Assembly (NCBI GenBank): GCA_000708835.1
Contig: DF237125.1
Location: forward strand, 62,001 to 126,000
Reading direction: 5' to 3'
Source: Klebsormidium nitens
Taxonomy: Eukaryota > Plantae > Klebsormidiophyceae
DNA: 64,000 nucleotides
Each line of letters opens with the position of its first letter. Within the stretch, counting starts at the first letter, position 1. The translations under genes and the position numbers were made by a program. The notes below the pieces were generated by a model that saw only the letters and a list, made by a program, of their open reading frames with translations, was not told the origin of the DNA and ran no database searches. This document shows positions 61,601 to 64,000 of this stretch, one piece after another.

Positions 61601-64000
61601 CGAATGATGTTTATCATGCGCGTATGAGTAAAGATTGTTCCGCAAGAGTTTGGAAGAGCAGAGGAGCAACAGCCAATGAATGCGCTCGGAAGTCAATGCA
61701 ATCTTCACATCGAGAAGAGCGAAAATGCCATTAGAAAGAGGACTGAAGCTACAAAAAAACTTGTTCATCACAGAGTGTCCTAAATGACTTCAAAACGTCC
61801 GCAAATTAGCTGGCTGCCTGCACATTCAACGAATTCCATTTTGAGTATCTCATTTGCGTAGCTCGTGACTGGAATCCCGACAGCCGTTCATTCAATCAAC
61901 GCTTGATAACGATGGCAAACCGTCAACGAACCTCGCTAGGCAGGGTGGCCAGTATTAAACCAAAGGAAACGCTCACCGTTTTCATGACGTCCTTGAGCCA
62001 GTGCCTGGCGTCAGCGTTCGTCAGGTCGAGCAGGCCGGCGCTGAAGCTGGTGTTCTCCACCATATACGGCCCGCCTCCGCGCGCGCGCACCAGGAGGCCC
62101 CGGGCAGACGCCTCCTGGAACAAGTCCCGCCCGTAGTGTGCCGCCTGCGGACCGCCCACCTGAGGAAGATCAATCGGGGTTACCACGCGGAAAGCCGGAT
62201 CTTCAAATTGGCAGAGCACGTGTGAGCTATATCCCGCATTGGCTGAAGTTTACGGACTGCTTCCAGTCGGCCTCAGATTAGGTCCCACAACAATCGAACT
62301 GTACCGGCTACGAGTACCGGGCACTTTTAATAATATCGGCGGTCGAAACTTGATTTGAGGTGAACGATGCAAGATCGGACGGAAGCGGGATACAGATGGA
62401 TGTTTTTGCAATCGGGCGTTCCGCGTGTACTTCCAAGCCGTAGATTAAGGTTACGGTCATATTCGAGCGGTGGATCGAGTCTAGGTCAGTTTCGAGCCTT
62501 AGATCAAGTTTGTGTCAGTTTGACGCTGTAAATAAAGGTTGGGACGCTTGTAATTCGGTGCGACGAAGTGAGCATTTCCTCTAGAAAACTGAGTCTTTCT
62601 TCGCAATTTTCTTTGTTGAACAATGGCTGACTTTGAAGGCTTGGTTCCAAGTTGCGGACTGCCACAATCTTTAACGGGGGATTGGTGGCTTCCTTCCCTT
62701 CGTATCTGCATCTGAGCACCAGAACCTCAAGCTAAACAACAACCTCAAGCTACCCACACCAGTCTGCAGATGCTCGAACTTGCCGCCCCCTTCAAGCCGC
62801 TCACCTTCGCCAAGAATGGATTAACGTAGCCCATGACACGCGCCCCCCCCGCCCGGATCTCGTCCACGAGCGCCTCCCAATCGGGGTAATGCTCCCGGTC
62901 TAGTTGCCAGTTCCACCAGAGCTGCCACCCGATCGCCGTGCGCCGCTGGCCGACCCAGTCCTGCAGCCAGACGCCCGCCAACGGGACTCTGTGCGCGCGC
63001 AGCTGTGCCAAGATCTCGCGCACGCGCGCGGTGCCGCCCTGGAGACAGACGGGCTGGTTCAGAAAAGTGGCGACAACAAGGATATCTTGCCAGGATTGCA
63101 AGAAGCGTCGTTTAGAAGGCAGACGTGCCGCCCTGAAGACCCCAGGCGGGCGGCTGTTACAGCATTAGACATCTCAAGAAATGTTTTTTCCGAACTTAGA
63201 CCCAAATACTATACATAAAATGAAAAGTTTTGAAGATAAACGACAAGATGGACTAAGGCGGTAGAATTTGAAAATCATCAGTAGAGCGTGGACGATTTTG
63301 TGTTCAAAATCTCCTGCGAAGAATGTCAGTGGGCTTGAAAAGGAGTGAGCATTCGCTATCTCTCTCCACCCGCGAGTCTGGATGACAATACGGACTTCAC
63401 TATTAAAATAGGCCGCAAGAAGGAGCTGCAAAAAGCTGAGTACCCTCTTACCTGCAGGCCCAGAACAGCGCCTCGCGTAAGCCAGCGGGGCAGGGGGCGC
63501 ATCCGCCCGATGGCCGCCGTGTAGCGCTCGATGAGCTGCGCGGGGGTGGTGCCGTGGAGAATGCGACCATGCACGGACGAGGCGTGCACCTGCAAGAAGA
63601 GCGAAAATTCATGTCTAGCTATACCTTTTAATGACGCAGGCTGTGTGCGTGTCGTTGAAAGCATCATCCTAAGCACAGGCAGATTCCAAACAGCGGCTGA
63701 GCGAAGACACGAGATGGAAAGAGTTGGAACGGACAGACCATCTTGGCAGGATTTCTCGTGTCACGGGGAAGAGAGCAGTACTCAAGTCGCAATCGAAAAA
63801 ATTGACGCTATTAGGGACCTGCGCTTTTCAAAAGCGGCTCACCCGAATCTGGACAGCGTGCGGCTCGGTCAGATCGAAGAGCGCATACTCGTACGACTCA
63901 AGGTAGAGGCTGCGCATGCGGCTGGTGATGTAGTGAGGGACGGCGGCATAGCTGCTCGTGTCGGACCCCCCCGAACCGGGAGAGGCCAAGTTGGCCAAGA
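58631..64000 (-). CDS. Glycoside hydrolase family 31, YihQ/sulfoquinovosidase-like alpha-glucosidase; 5' end lies beyond the right edge
   Basis: Exons 63843->64000, 63452-63589, 62805-63038, 61977-62159, 61346-61452, 60072-60850, 59363-59628, 58631-58978. Motifs GVWLQDW, GYVNPF, GWMADFGE (nucleophile), FWLGDQ (acid/base), HGDIGGY, FRTHEGN, QFLVGDQILFAPV. Confidence 0.95.

Noticed and set aside
1-64000. CRISPR arrays, tRNA, rRNA, snRNA, or autonomous transposon/viral genes
   Set aside because: No repeat-spacer periodicity, cloverleaf, snRNA signature, or RT/transposase/capsid motifs seen by eye; a covariance-model scan would be needed to exclude small RNAs.

Overview
Eukaryotic nuclear DNA, gene-dense and intron-rich (GT-AG). 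It is most likely a streptophyte green alga such as Klebsormidium. That is an inference from the TTTTAGGG-type telomeric repeat, the flagellar PF16 gene and plant-type genes such as the CBP1/MEE14-like one. I rebuilt the gene models by hand from splice signals and reading-frame phase. In order: a plastid-targeted alpha/beta-hydrolase (-, runs off the left edge) with an interstitial telomeric array in one intron; an unknown protein with Cys-cluster, AT-hook-like and charged-helix motifs (+); a single-LOV-domain flavoprotein with no recognisable effector domain (-); a CBP1/MEE14-like gene (+); a type II membrane Ig-like plus SGNH/PC-esterase protein (-); PF16/SPAG6 (+); three BTB/POZ paralogs (+), two of them in a ~3.8/4.4 kb tandem duplication whose junction is visible to the base and that left a pseudo-exon of the next gene; an SRPBCC/polyketide-cyclase gene (-); symplekin (+); and a YihQ-like GH31 glycosidase (-, runs off the right edge) with a ~200-aa insertion in its catalytic barrel. 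I found no rRNA, tRNA, CRISPR array or transposase. Most worth follow-up: the effector-less LOV protein, the BTB array with a splice-dependent NLS-like tail, the GH31 insertion and its sulfonate-pocket change, a perfect 60-bp palindrome, and the intronic telomeric insertion.
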